In this document: in pieces, positions 20,012-30,312 of the stretch
Layout: every line of letters starts with the position of its first letter
How positions within the stretch are numbered: position 1 is the stretch's first letter
NCBI GenBank assembly: GCA_964529325.1
Contig: CAZGWH010000001.1
Coordinates: 2,872 to 66,871 of the forward strand
Reading direction: 5' to 3'
Source of the DNA: an uncultured bacterium
GTDB lineage: Bacteria > Fidelibacterota > Marinisomatia > SCGC-AAA003-L08 > GCA-2689995
Length of the DNA stretch: 64,000 nt
The notes under the pieces: generated by a model
The model's database searches: none
The model's input: only the letters and a program-made list of their open reading frames with translations
Told to the model about the DNA's origin: nothing
Program-made: the position numbers and the translations under genes

Positions 20012-21945
20012 TGTTTATGGATCCCTCTCAACGAATTAATAAATTGATATTATTTCTTTTTATTATACTATCATCCCTTCCCGCTGGGGTTATATCAAAA
20101 CATTATTTAGGTGCTCGATTAAATATAGATAATAATGAAGCAACATTTATTGATAAAATTGAATGTGAAGCAAATCCACATTGGACATTTAATCTTTCAT
20201 CTGAATTAACAATTTCAGCAATTTTAATAAATGATAAAATACGGAAATTCACTAAATTAATTTCAGGACCTTCACAAACTCAGTATAAAATACATCGAAA
20301 TTTTTGGGAACCAAAAGATGCCTTAATCTATATTGAATATTATTCAAATCAATCGGATATTTTTCATGAGATAATACCAAATCAACTCGTACAATTAAAA
20401 GCGAGCGAATATTTTTATCCAACAGGAAATGAATTTACATCTCAATTTGAATTTCATTTGCAAATACCATCTGATTGGAAATTAATTAGTGACGGTAATG
20501 TTATGAAGATAAAAAATAAACAAAATAGCTATAAAATTTTATCACCAAAAAAGATTACTCAATTAAATTTATTCTTTTTAAAAGATTATCAGGAAACACC
20601 ACAATTAAATAAGTTATTACTTACACTATTTTCCAATAATTTAGCTAATCAAGTAAAAGAAGAAATTATAAATAATTTTTTTACAGCACTTCAGATAGCT
20701 GAAGATTTATTAGGCCCATTCCCATTCCCTAAATTTGATATTGTGCTCAGTGAGTATGAATTTGAATCAAATTCAATTATTTTTATAAATCCATTGGAAT
20801 TAAAGGCTGAACTAAATAATTTACCCGTAAAAATATTAAATCAATATTATAGATATTATTTATTTCCGACAGAATTATCTAACCTAAATTGGATTGAAGC
20901 AATTCAAATTTATTTATTAGATTATCTGCCAACATTATATAAAAATCCAATTTCTGCACAATTATTTAGAAAAGAAATACTAAATTCAAATTCTAAATCA
21001 ATAACTTCAAATATCTTTAATGATACTTTGCAAACCGAAATAGATAAATATGAAATTCAAAACTATTTATTTCTTTTATTCACATTAGAAAAACAAATAG
21101 GGAAAGAAAATTTAATAAATAAACTACAATTATCTATTGAAAAATTTGCTTTCAATAAAGTAGATAAAACAAAATATTTCACTTTTCTATTTGATGAATT
21201 ATTTAATGATATGGATTTTTATTTAACTGAGAGATCATCTTTTCAATTCGAAATTCCAACTATTGAAATTGTAGAATCAGAACAAATAATCTCATTATTA
21301 CAACCAAACAAAGTATTGCCCATGTTATTACCAATCACCTATTATTTTAATAATAAATCTAAATTAGATAGCACTTTATATACAAAATCATTTAAAACCA
21401 CTCTTGCAAATAAAATAGATTCAAGTTTAATTAAAATAGAAATTGATCCATCGTATCAAATATTTCGTTCATTGAATGAAACAGAAATTGATACAAAAAT
21501 TAAAGATATCTTTAATTATCCAATTTTGCAAGTCTCAGTCTCAAATCAAATTTCAAATCAAACCCATATCCATAAATTAATTTTGGATGTTTTTCAAAAT
21601 CAAAATATTATATTCACTAAATTTGATGAATTGAACTCAAATTTACCTTCTATTATTATTGGAGACTTGCCAAATGAATTTAAATATTTATCAACAGAAA
21701 CAGACATAATATTAAATGGTCGTAAATTTTATTTAAAAAATCACTGTCTTGCATACGCAATCCATTCACAGAAGAATCTTACAAACTTAATAATTTATTC
21801 AGATTCTGAAAAGCAAATTATTCCTGTATTAAATAAATTAAAATTCTTTAAAAATTATGGTTATTTTATTTTAAGAAATGGAAATAATGCTGATAAGGGG
21901 ATACATAAAACACATAAAAAACAATTAATTTGGAAAAATAAATGA
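20011..21945 (+). CDS. M1 aminopeptidase-like protein with degenerate active site
   Basis: LGPFPFPKFDIV and WIEAIQIYLLDY resemble M1 motifs, but the HExxH position reads KILNQYY; TAATG overlap with tldE. Confidence 0.6.
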   Translation: MFMDPSQRINKLILFLFIILSSLPAGVISKHYLGARLNIDNNEATFIDKIECEANPHWTFNLSSELTISAILINDKIRKFTKLISGPSQTQYKIHRNFWEPKDALIYIEYYSNQSDIFHEIIPNQLVQLKASEYFYPTGNEFTSQFEFHLQIPSDWKLISDGNVMKIKNKQNSYKILSPKKITQLNLFFLKDYQETPQLNKLLLTLFSNNLANQVKEEIINNFFTALQIAEDLLGPFPFPKFDIVLSEYEFESNSIIFINPLELKAELNNLPVKILNQYYRYYLFPTELSNLNWIEAIQIYLLDYLPTLYKNPISAQLFRKEILNSNSKSITSNIFNDTLQTEIDKYEIQNYLFLLFTLEKQIGKENLINKLQLSIEKFAFNKVDKTKYFTFLFDELFNDMDFYLTERSSFQFEIPTIEIVESEQIISLLQPNKVLPMLLPITYYFNNKSKLDSTLYTKSFKTTLANKIDSSLIKIEIDPSYQIFRSLNETEIDTKIKDIFNYPILQVSVSNQISNQTHIHKLILDVFQNQNIIFTKFDELNSNLPSIIIGDLPNEFKYLSTETDIILNGRKFYLKNHCLAYAIHSQKNLTNLIIYSDSEKQIIPVLNKLKFFKNYGYFILRNGNNADKGIHKTHKKQLIWKNK

Positions 21946-21954
21946 GGTCGCACA

Positions 21955-22632
21955 ATGTCAATCCAATCAACAACAGGTCATTATGCAAATATGAGAAATC
22001 GATTTGTTCACAATGGTCTAAATGGATTTCTTGATTATGAAGTAATAGAATTATTACTAAAACTTTCCGATAATCGAAGAGATCAAAAGAATACTGCTAA
22101 ACGATTAATTAAACAATTTAAATCCTTAAAAGGTGTTTTAAGTGCATCAAACTCTGATTTACTTAATATTGAAGGAATTGGGCCATCCAATATTTTTGGT
22201 TTAAAATTTGTTCACGCTGTAGCTGATAGATATTTAAAAGATAATGTAATTGAAGAAAACTTTATTCGCTCATCAAATGATGTTATTCAATATTTAACTT
22301 ATAATTTAAGAGATAGAAATAGAGAAGCATTTCTTATTATATATTTAAATGGTAGAAATCAAATTTTAGAAATCGAGCAATTATTTGAAGGCTCATTAAC
22401 TTCAAGTGCTGTTTATTCAAGAGAAGTTATTAAAGGTATTTTACAAAAAGATGCGGCGTCAATAATTTTAGTACATAATCACCCTTCTGGAAATCCAAAC
22501 CCATCAAAAGAAGATCAGAAAATCACAAAAAAATTAATTAATGCATGTAAATCAATTGATGTAACAGTTCATGATCATATTATTATTGCAGGAAATAACC
22601 ACACTTCATTTGTTGAACGAGGTTTAATTTAA
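21955..22632 (+). CDS. radC: RadC/JAB-domain protein
   Basis: HhH IEGIG; REVIK, HNHPSGNPNPSKED, VHDHII JAMM motif. Confidence 0.92.
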   Translation: MSIQSTTGHYANMRNRFVHNGLNGFLDYEVIELLLKLSDNRRDQKNTAKRLIKQFKSLKGVLSASNSDLLNIEGIGPSNIFGLKFVHAVADRYLKDNVIEENFIRSSNDVIQYLTYNLRDRNREAFLIIYLNGRNQILEIEQLFEGSLTSSAVYSREVIKGILQKDAASIILVHNHPSGNPNPSKEDQKITKKLINACKSIDVTVHDHIIIAGNNHTSFVERGLI

Positions 22633-23991
22633 TTAACACTCAACAACATTAACAGCTAGTCCCCCAAGAGATGTTTCTTTGTATTTTGATTGCATATCTT
22701 TTCCAGTTTCAAACATCGTTTTAATTACTTGATCTAAAGAAACTAAATGCTCTCCAGTTCCTTTTAATGCCATTCTTGCCGCATTAATTGCTTTAACTGC
22801 CCCCATCGCGTTTCTTTCAATACATGGGATTTGAACTAATCCTCCAATGGGGTCACAAGTTAACCCTAAATTATGCTCCATTCCAATTTCCGCCGCATTT
22901 TCTATTTGACGGCTAGAACCTCCCATCGCAGAAACTAAACCACCTGCCGCCATTGAACATGCAACTCCAACTTCTCCTTGGCACCCAACTTCTGCGCCCG
23001 AAATAGATGCATTTGATTTATATAATAATCCGATTGCACCAGCAGTTAATAAAAAGTTTTTAATTCCAGATTGATTATTTCTAGCAATAAATACAGTATA
23101 ATATTTTATAACCGCAGGAATAATACCAGCGGCTCCATTTGTTGGTGCAGTTACAATTTTCCCACCTCGTGCATTTTCTTCATTAACTGCAATTGCCCAT
23201 ACATTTACCCAATCCATAATATTCAAAGGATTGTTTTCATCCTCTTTTAATAATAATTCATATAATTGGGGTGCTCTTCGAGTTACTTTTAATTTACCTG
23301 GTAAATTTGTATTTGAATTTATTCCTCTTTTAATACACTCATTCATCGTTTCCCAAATTTTCAATAACTCTTTTGAAATATTTAAATTAGGCGATATTGA
23401 ATTTTCATTTTCATATATTAGTCTTGAAATAGAGATTTTTTCATTTTCAGAAATAAACAATAAATCTTTACCTGATTTAAATTCAAATTTAACATTATAA
23501 TCAATTGAGCTATTATTACTTATCGCATCATCTGCTATAACAAACCCTCCACCAATTGAATAATAAAGCTTACTTAAAATTAATTTTTTATCTGAAAAAA
23601 TTGAAAACTCTATCGCATTTGAGTGAAAATCAAATAATTTATCATATTCAAAAATGATATCTGAAATTGGATTAAAATTAATTTTTTTACTTTTAAATTC
23701 AACAAAATTATTTTCATGAACTATATTATTTATGTTATCCATATCATTATTAGAAATCGATTGAGGAGTAAACCCAGATAGACCTAAAATAATTGCCCTA
23801 TCAGTTCCATGACCTTTTCCTGTCCAAGCTAATGAGCCATGTAATTTCACTTGGATATTATTAATTTGTTCTAGAAGTCCATTCTCATTGCAATAATCAA
23901 TAAAATTATAGCTTGCTGTCATTGGCCCCATCGTATGGGAACTTGACGGTCCAATTCCAATTTTAAATAAATCAAAAATACTAAAATTCAT
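22633..23991 (-). CDS. sdaA: L-serine ammonia-lyase (Fe-S, single chain)
   Basis: IGIGPSSSHTMGP, TAPTNGAAG, GCQGEVG, CDPIGGLVQIPCIERN, YKETSLGGLA. Confidence 0.96.
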   Translation of the reverse strand: MNFSIFDLFKIGIGPSSSHTMGPMTASYNFIDYCNENGLLEQINNIQVKLHGSLAWTGKGHGTDRAIILGLSGFTPQSISNNDMDNINNIVHENNFVEFKSKKINFNPISDIIFEYDKLFDFHSNAIEFSIFSDKKLILSKLYYSIGGGFVIADDAISNNSSIDYNVKFEFKSGKDLLFISENEKISISRLIYENENSISPNLNISKELLKIWETMNECIKRGINSNTNLPGKLKVTRRAPQLYELLLKEDENNPLNIMDWVNVWAIAVNEENARGGKIVTAPTNGAAGIIPAVIKYYTVFIARNNQSGIKNFLLTAGAIGLLYKSNASISGAEVGCQGEVGVACSMAAGGLVSAMGGSSRQIENAAEIGMEHNLGLTCDPIGGLVQIPCIERNAMGAVKAINAARMALKGTGEHLVSLDQVIKTMFETGKDMQSKYKETSLGGLAVNVVEC

Positions 23992-23997
23992 ACTATA

Positions 23998-24543
23998 CTA
24001 TGAAATTCCCGTGTTACCTGTAATATTTAAAATATCAATTCCAAATAAATTTGTGGCTTCTTTCCATTTTTTATTATCAGCTGTATCAAAAATAAATCCA
24101 ATATTTGCAGGTAATAAAAGCCAATCACCATTTTCAAATTCCCTTTCTAATTGGTTATTATCCCAACCTGCATATCCAAATGTTAATCTAAATTTATCAG
24201 GACCTTTTCCATTTGATAAATCTTCTATTATTTCTTCATTTGAAGTAATTGATATATTATTCGTTACAATTTTAGAATCCCCATTCATATAATCACAACT
24301 ATGTAAAATTAATCCACGATTTATTTGAACAGGACCACCCAAATATATTCCTGGATTTGGTTTTAATTTATCTAACCCTGTTTCATTTAAGATTAAAGAT
24401 TTTTTCTTTTTTGGCAATTTTTTATTTATTATTATCCCCATTGCTCCTTCATCATTATGTTCACAAATAAAAATTATACTTTTATTAAAAAATGAATCGA
24501 CTAAATGAGGCATAGAAATAAGAAAGTGATTTTTAAAATTCAT
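23998..24543 (-). CDS. yqgE: YqgE/AlgH family protein
   Basis: HFLISMP, YLGGPV, GYAGWDNNQLERE motifs. Confidence 0.9.
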   Translation of the reverse strand: MNFKNHFLISMPHLVDSFFNKSIIFICEHNDEGAMGIIINKKLPKKKKSLILNETGLDKLKPNPGIYLGGPVQINRGLILHSCDYMNGDSKIVTNNISITSNEEIIEDLSNGKGPDKFRLTFGYAGWDNNQLEREFENGDWLLLPANIGFIFDTADNKKWKEATNLFGIDILNITGNTGIS

Positions 24544-24798
24544 AACTTACATTCATTTATACTTAAAAAATTTAAACATATTATCTACCATTAATAATAT
24601 TCAATAAGATAAAATTATAATAAAATGTTTCTTCAAAAAAACAAATTGTTAAGAAAATAACGAATTAATAATAATGTTTTAAATACTTAATTAATTCAAT
24701 TTTTTTGATTCATTTCTTTTTAAATTATTTATCTTGGTAAGTTGCCTCTTTTGATAGGTACACGAATACTTTGTTTAACAAATTGGATAATTAATATA

Positions 24799-27700
24799 AT
24801 GAAAATTATTAAATATATTATAATATTAATCGGAATTACAAAATTCCTAATTGCTCAGGACACGCCTGTAAATTTAGAAACAGAAACAATTGATCATAGT
24901 AGTATTCAATTAAATTGGAATATTTGGGATCCTGCAGACTCATATTTTAGTAATATTATCTTTATTTCAAATATTGAAGATAATGGGAATGGGACAATCG
25001 TGATGGAATTTTATCTTGAAAATGATGCAACTATTTCATCATTTAATTTATCTTTAGAATCAGATATTTATATTTCGGATGTTGAATTAACAAGTAATTC
25101 CTTAGATAATATTGGGTTTATTATAACACATGAGGAAGAAAATCTGGGTGACTTTACAATTAGTGGTAATAATACAGGGCAGAATATTCCTACAGATTTT
25201 GGAATACTTCTTCAATTAACAGGTAATTATGACCCTGACCATGGCGATGAATCTCAATTTTTCATCAATTATTCTGAGTCAAATTTTATAGATAATAATA
25301 TTGAACACCTATCATATAAATGGAAGAATATAGTTTGGGAAGTTGGCACTGGAATAGCTCCAGATATATGTGGAGATGGAGTGTGTACCATTAATGAAAA
25401 TTATAGTATTTGCCCTCAAGAATGTGAGTTAGATATTACATATTCAATTTATTTTGAAAATAATCCTCAATTAATTGCACAAACTTCATCAAATAATTCA
25501 ATTATTCAAAATCTTATTCCAATTACGCCATATTGTTTTGAAGTAGTTGCAACAGAAAATAATTCTAATGTAAATGAAATTTCAAATATTGCTTGTTCTA
25601 CTACTAATTGTGTTGAACAAAATTGGTGTCAAGATTTAGATGGCGATGGATATGGTAATCCTGCAATATTAATTTCTTCTTGCCAGCCAATATCTAACTT
25701 TGTCGCAGAATGTACTGATGAGGATGATAGTTCATATTGTTTATCAAATTCTTTTGATTTTTGTGGAGTGTGTAATGGACCAAATGAATGTAATTATGTT
25801 GAAGATCCAGATTACCCTGGAATTTGTCAATGTGGTAATGGTGAAGATTCATGTTGGACAGAAGGATCGACATCTTCAGGCTATATAATTGATTGTAGTG
25901 GTACTTGTAGTGGTGTGGCAGAAAAAGATGACTGTGGTGTGTGTACTGGAGGAAATACATTAAACTCATTTAATGGTTCTCAGGATTGTTATGATACTTG
26001 TTCCCCTACTGACCCTGAATCACTTTCTAGCTGTGATAATGGTTTAGGATTTAATGAACAGGGACAAGAATGTTTAAGCTACTTAGGTGCAGGAAGTGGT
26101 GTTGACCAATGTGGAATTTGTGGTGGAAATAATTCAGCATGTTTCCCTTATTTTGAAGGGCCTACAAATTTATTAGCTCAGGCAACAAATTTACAAATTG
26201 GACTTAGCTGGGACCCTGTTAATTTATGTGACCCCTATATTTATGATTGCGATTGGGGGGATGAAAATCAATCGTTGAGTGAAAACCCTATTAATTCAAA
26301 TTATTCAAGAAATGAAACAACATTAAATTCAAAACTTTCAATAGATCAAATTGTAGATGATGGACAAGGAACTGTTAGTTTTTATATTAATTTACAAGCT
26401 GATTCTGATGTATATAGTGCTCGATTTAATTTGGATATTTTAGATATATATGATACTCTTAGCGTTTTTCAAGATTTCCCAAATATAAATGATTTAGCGA
26501 CAAATACAACTGATTGTAGCGGAAACACCTGTGTTCAATTTGGGCAACCAGCTGGCGGAATTTTAGATAATGAAGATTTTGATTTTTCAGGATATACCCA
26601 AATGGATGGTAGTGCAAATTTGCAATCTTTTTCAGGTGACTTTATCAACCAAGAAATTCTTCAAGCAGGAACTACATTATTTAGAATGGATGCAACTTAT
26701 GATCCGATTGCATTAGCGGGAAAAGAACTTTTCGTAACTCATACATTGACTATACAAACAGAAAGTGATACCTTGGTTGTTTTTACTGAAAATTATGAAA
26801 ATTTAACTACACGATTTAATACTTCAGTTTGGCAAGTTGGTTTTGGTCTTTCTTCAATCTTTTCGTGTGGGGATGGAATTTGTCAAGAACCATTTGAAGA
26901 ACCAGGCGATGATTTAATGTCTGGAATTGATGGTTACCCAACTGCTTGTGGAACAGGTTTAACTGAATATTTTCTTGGAGTCGGAGTTATTGGAGATTGC
27001 ATCCCTCCTCAATTTTGTGGAGATGAGATATGTCAAGATGAAAGTTATTGTGAATTTGTTGATAATATTTTAGAATGTGGTTATACAGACGGTGCACCTC
27101 ATGAATATGATAATGAAAGTTGGCAAAATTGTAATTTAGATTGTTACTCGTGTGGAAATGGAATTTGTGATTGGGATAATTATGAAAATTACTGTGACGA
27201 AATTCCAAATAATGATATACCTGACTGTACAAATATTCCAATTAATTATTTATCTTGTATTGATGGTGAATTTTATTCAGAAATAAATGATGGGGTTTGG
27301 GGTGATTGCATGGAGCCATTTGAAGTAGTATATACCATCTATAAGGATAATGTAATTTATTCTTCTGAAGAATCATGTATTGCAAATTCAGGATATTGGC
27401 TTGGAGAATGTTTTACACCATTAATTTCTACTACAAATACACAATTCAATGATGTTGGTCTCGATTATTTAGAAGACCATTGTTATTTCATTGAAGCGAA
27501 ACAAGGTGAATTAACAACAACGATAGCTCAAAATTCGAATATATCTTGTGATCAGACAAATCCTCAAATTGGTGAATTGCCAGTAATTAGAAGAATTGAT
27601 GATATGCCTGGAGATCAAGGTGGATATGTGAAATTAACAGTTCAACGATCATATTCTGATAATGGTACTGTTGATTCACTATATCAAGTATATCGAAAAT

Positions 27701-28722
27701 TCCAAGAAAGTAACTGGACTCATGTAGGTTCATTCCCTGGAACAGGTGAACAAAGTTACTTTTTCATTTCACCAACTTTAGAAGATTCTGTGCCGAGCAA
27801 CCCAAACTATCATAATTTTAAAGTTTATTACAGAGGATATATCGACTCATCCGCATTTAGTAATTTCCCTGAATATGGTTATTCAATTGATAATATTGCT
27901 CCCTCTACTCCCACAGGGCTTTCATTAGAACTTGGAAATGATAATATTTTATTAAACTGGAATCCTGTATTTGAAAACGACTTTAGCCATTACTCAATTT
28001 ACCGAAATAACTATAATGTAAATAATCCATCTACGCATTCATATATTGATAATAATTATACTGAAAATGGTGGATTTAACTTCGGGGAACTACTACAATA
28101 CCAAATTGGAGCATTTGATATTCATGGAAATGAGTCAATATTATCTGATATTGAAATGACTTCTTATGGATTACTTGGAAATGTAACTTATCAAGATATA
28201 TTTTTATATGGAGAAAATAATCTTAATGACCCTTTAAGTGATTCAACGCTAATAGATATATTAGATATTTCAATGGCTCAATCAATTGCATGCAGTCAAT
28301 TTGATGTATGTGATCAAAATATTAATAACAACTCGATGTCAAACCCATCTGACTATGAAATATGGGCAAGTGATATGAATTTTGATGACATTGTAAATGT
28401 TTCCGATTTAAGCTGTTTAGTTTATTATATTCAAAATGGTTTAGTTTGTCCGACTGAGAATGCTGTTTCAATTAATATTTCTCCGAATTATGAATCAAAA
28501 ATAATCCAATTTAATGCAGATTCAATACATCGATTTGAAATTTTGGTCGATGAAAATATTCATATTCTAAATCATAATCTTCCTGAAAGCTGGATAATTA
28601 TACAAAATAAAAATTCAATAAATGCATATTCACCATTCAATATTCCATTCAATGGTAAATTAGAAATTGAATTTGGCAAAATTATAAAAATTAATTCTAT
28701 TTCTACTTATTCTTATAAATAA
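24799..28722 (+). CDS. Large secreted Cys-rich multidomain protein (two cohesin-like repeats, FN3-like segments, dockerin-like module near the C-terminus)
   Basis: Signal peptide from ATG 24799 (MKIIKYIIILIG...LIAQ); CGDG.C and DDCGVCTGG/DQCGICGG repeats; DNIAPSTPTGL; SDMNFDDIVNVSD. Confidence 0.8.
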   Translation: MKIIKYIIILIGITKFLIAQDTPVNLETETIDHSSIQLNWNIWDPADSYFSNIIFISNIEDNGNGTIVMEFYLENDATISSFNLSLESDIYISDVELTSNSLDNIGFIITHEEENLGDFTISGNNTGQNIPTDFGILLQLTGNYDPDHGDESQFFINYSESNFIDNNIEHLSYKWKNIVWEVGTGIAPDICGDGVCTINENYSICPQECELDITYSIYFENNPQLIAQTSSNNSIIQNLIPITPYCFEVVATENNSNVNEISNIACSTTNCVEQNWCQDLDGDGYGNPAILISSCQPISNFVAECTDEDDSSYCLSNSFDFCGVCNGPNECNYVEDPDYPGICQCGNGEDSCWTEGSTSSGYIIDCSGTCSGVAEKDDCGVCTGGNTLNSFNGSQDCYDTCSPTDPESLSSCDNGLGFNEQGQECLSYLGAGSGVDQCGICGGNNSACFPYFEGPTNLLAQATNLQIGLSWDPVNLCDPYIYDCDWGDENQSLSENPINSNYSRNETTLNSKLSIDQIVDDGQGTVSFYINLQADSDVYSARFNLDILDIYDTLSVFQDFPNINDLATNTTDCSGNTCVQFGQPAGGILDNEDFDFSGYTQMDGSANLQSFSGDFINQEILQAGTTLFRMDATYDPIALAGKELFVTHTLTIQTESDTLVVFTENYENLTTRFNTSVWQVGFGLSSIFSCGDGICQEPFEEPGDDLMSGIDGYPTACGTGLTEYFLGVGVIGDCIPPQFCGDEICQDESYCEFVDNILECGYTDGAPHEYDNESWQNCNLDCYSCGNGICDWDNYENYCDEIPNNDIPDCTNIPINYLSCIDGEFYSEINDGVWGDCMEPFEVVYTIYKDNVIYSSEESCIANSGYWLGECFTPLISTTNTQFNDVGLDYLEDHCYFIEAKQGELTTTIAQNSNISCDQTNPQIGELPVIRRIDDMPGDQGGYVKLTVQRSYSDNGTVDSLYQVYRKFQESNWTHVGSFPGTGEQSYFFISPTLEDSVPSNPNYHNFKVYYRGYIDSSAFSNFPEYGYSIDNIAPSTPTGLSLELGNDNILLNWNPVFENDFSHYSIYRNNYNVNNPSTHSYIDNNYTENGGFNFGELLQYQIGAFDIHGNESILSDIEMTSYGLLGNVTYQDIFLYGENNLNDPLSDSTLIDILDISMAQSIACSQFDVCDQNINNNSMSNPSDYEIWASDMNFDDIVNVSDLSCLVYYIQNGLVCPTENAVSINISPNYESKIIQFNADSIHRFEILVDENIHILNHNLPESWIIIQNKNSINAYSPFNIPFNGKLEIEFGKIIKINSISTYSYK

Positions 28723-28748
28723 TAGATAACTTTTTAAAAAGCATTAAT

Positions 28749-30308
28749 TTGAGATTATTTATTTATTTTATTGCTTTAATGCTTTTTCTTTTAAATTGTG
28801 CAGCAATTGGACCAGCAACAGGAGGGCCTGAAGATAAACAAGGTCCATTCCTAATCTCTTCATCACCATATTCAGGTTCTATTAATATACCTTTAAACAA
28901 ACAGGTACAAATTATTTTTTCTGAACCAATTGACCCAAATTCAATTCATGCCTCAATTCAAATTATACCTAAAACAGAATTCAAAACGATAATACGAAAA
29001 AATAATTTATTTATTATTCCTAAAAATGAATGGAATAAAAATCTTCCAACGCGAATTATTATTAATAGAAATATAAGAGACTTTCAAGATAATATAATTG
29101 CTTCACCAATAAATATTATTTTTTCAACTTCATCAAGTCTAGGTAAAGGTGTAATTTCTGGTAAATTAATAAATACTGAAATGGATCAAATTTTTGAAAT
29201 TGGGTTATTCGAATATCCACCTCAAGATACTTTAATTCCTATTTTAAAAACTCAATCAAATCAACATGGTGAATTTTTATTTAATTTTCTAAATTTAAAT
29301 AAATATTTTATTATTGCTTCATCAAATGAAATAATTAATATTTCTGAAGAAATTAAATTTTCAAATTATGGGTTATTACCATTCGATTATTTAGAAATTA
29401 AAAATGATATTGATTCAATAATAACAACAATATATATTGATGACCCTTTGCCAAAATTAAAAATTCAATCAGCACAATTATTAGGTAAACAATATGGTAA
29501 ATTAATTTATTCAAATGGTAATGAAGAACTTTTTTATTTTTCATTAATCGATAAAATTTCTTATCCCGAAAATTTAACTATTTCCAATTATGGAATAGAC
29601 TCATTAAAAATTATTAGCCAACTGAGTAATAGATTAAATAAATATTATACTCCCCCATTTTTCATTTCAAATCAAACAATAATTGATACAATTGCACCTA
29701 AAGTAGAAAATCACAATATTCAAAATAATAAATATTTAATAGAATTTAATGAACCAATTTCAATTAATTATATATCCAATACAATTTCTAGTGCTTTCTA
29801 CCTTAATTCTGATTCTAACCAAATAGATATAAAATTAAATGTAGTAACCCCATTTTCAATTGAAACATCCATTCTGCCTGATAATATTGAAAATATTTTT
29901 CTACCTAAAAATATCATTATTGATAAAGATAATAATGTTTTTCCTGATTCTCTAACTACTTTTTCTTTTATAAAACCTCTTGAAGACATAAATGAAATTA
30001 ATATTAATTATGGACAACTATCAGGTGAAATTACCAATTTCAAAAACGCTGTAATGATTGAAGCAATAAACATACAGGAAAAAACTGTAAATTATACAAA
30101 GGTTATAAATAGTGAATTTCAATTTTTAGAATTAATTCCAGGTGCATATAATCTTAGAGCGTTTGAAATTTTAAATGAAATTAATGATTCAATTTATTTT
30201 TCTGGAACAATTAGTCCATATAAAAGAGCTGGTAAATTTGTTATCTATCCTGAAAAAATTGATATTCGAGGTAGATGGGAAATTGAAGGAATAAATATAA
30301 GGTTTTAA
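28749..30308 (+). CDS. Ig-like (Big_5-type) domain lipoprotein
   Basis: Lipobox LLNC followed by AAIGPATGGPEDKQGP and IIFSEPID, typical of an FCB lipoprotein family. Confidence 0.75.
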   Translation: MRLFIYFIALMLFLLNCAAIGPATGGPEDKQGPFLISSSPYSGSINIPLNKQVQIIFSEPIDPNSIHASIQIIPKTEFKTIIRKNNLFIIPKNEWNKNLPTRIIINRNIRDFQDNIIASPINIIFSTSSSLGKGVISGKLINTEMDQIFEIGLFEYPPQDTLIPILKTQSNQHGEFLFNFLNLNKYFIIASSNEIINISEEIKFSNYGLLPFDYLEIKNDIDSIITTIYIDDPLPKLKIQSAQLLGKQYGKLIYSNGNEELFYFSLIDKISYPENLTISNYGIDSLKIISQLSNRLNKYYTPPFFISNQTIIDTIAPKVENHNIQNNKYLIEFNEPISINYISNTISSAFYLNSDSNQIDIKLNVVTPFSIETSILPDNIENIFLPKNIIIDKDNNVFPDSLTTFSFIKPLEDINEININYGQLSGEITNFKNAVMIEAINIQEKTVNYTKVINSEFQFLELIPGAYNLRAFEILNEINDSIYFSGTISPYKRAGKFVIYPEKIDIRGRWEIEGINIRF

Positions 30309-30312
30309 TATA

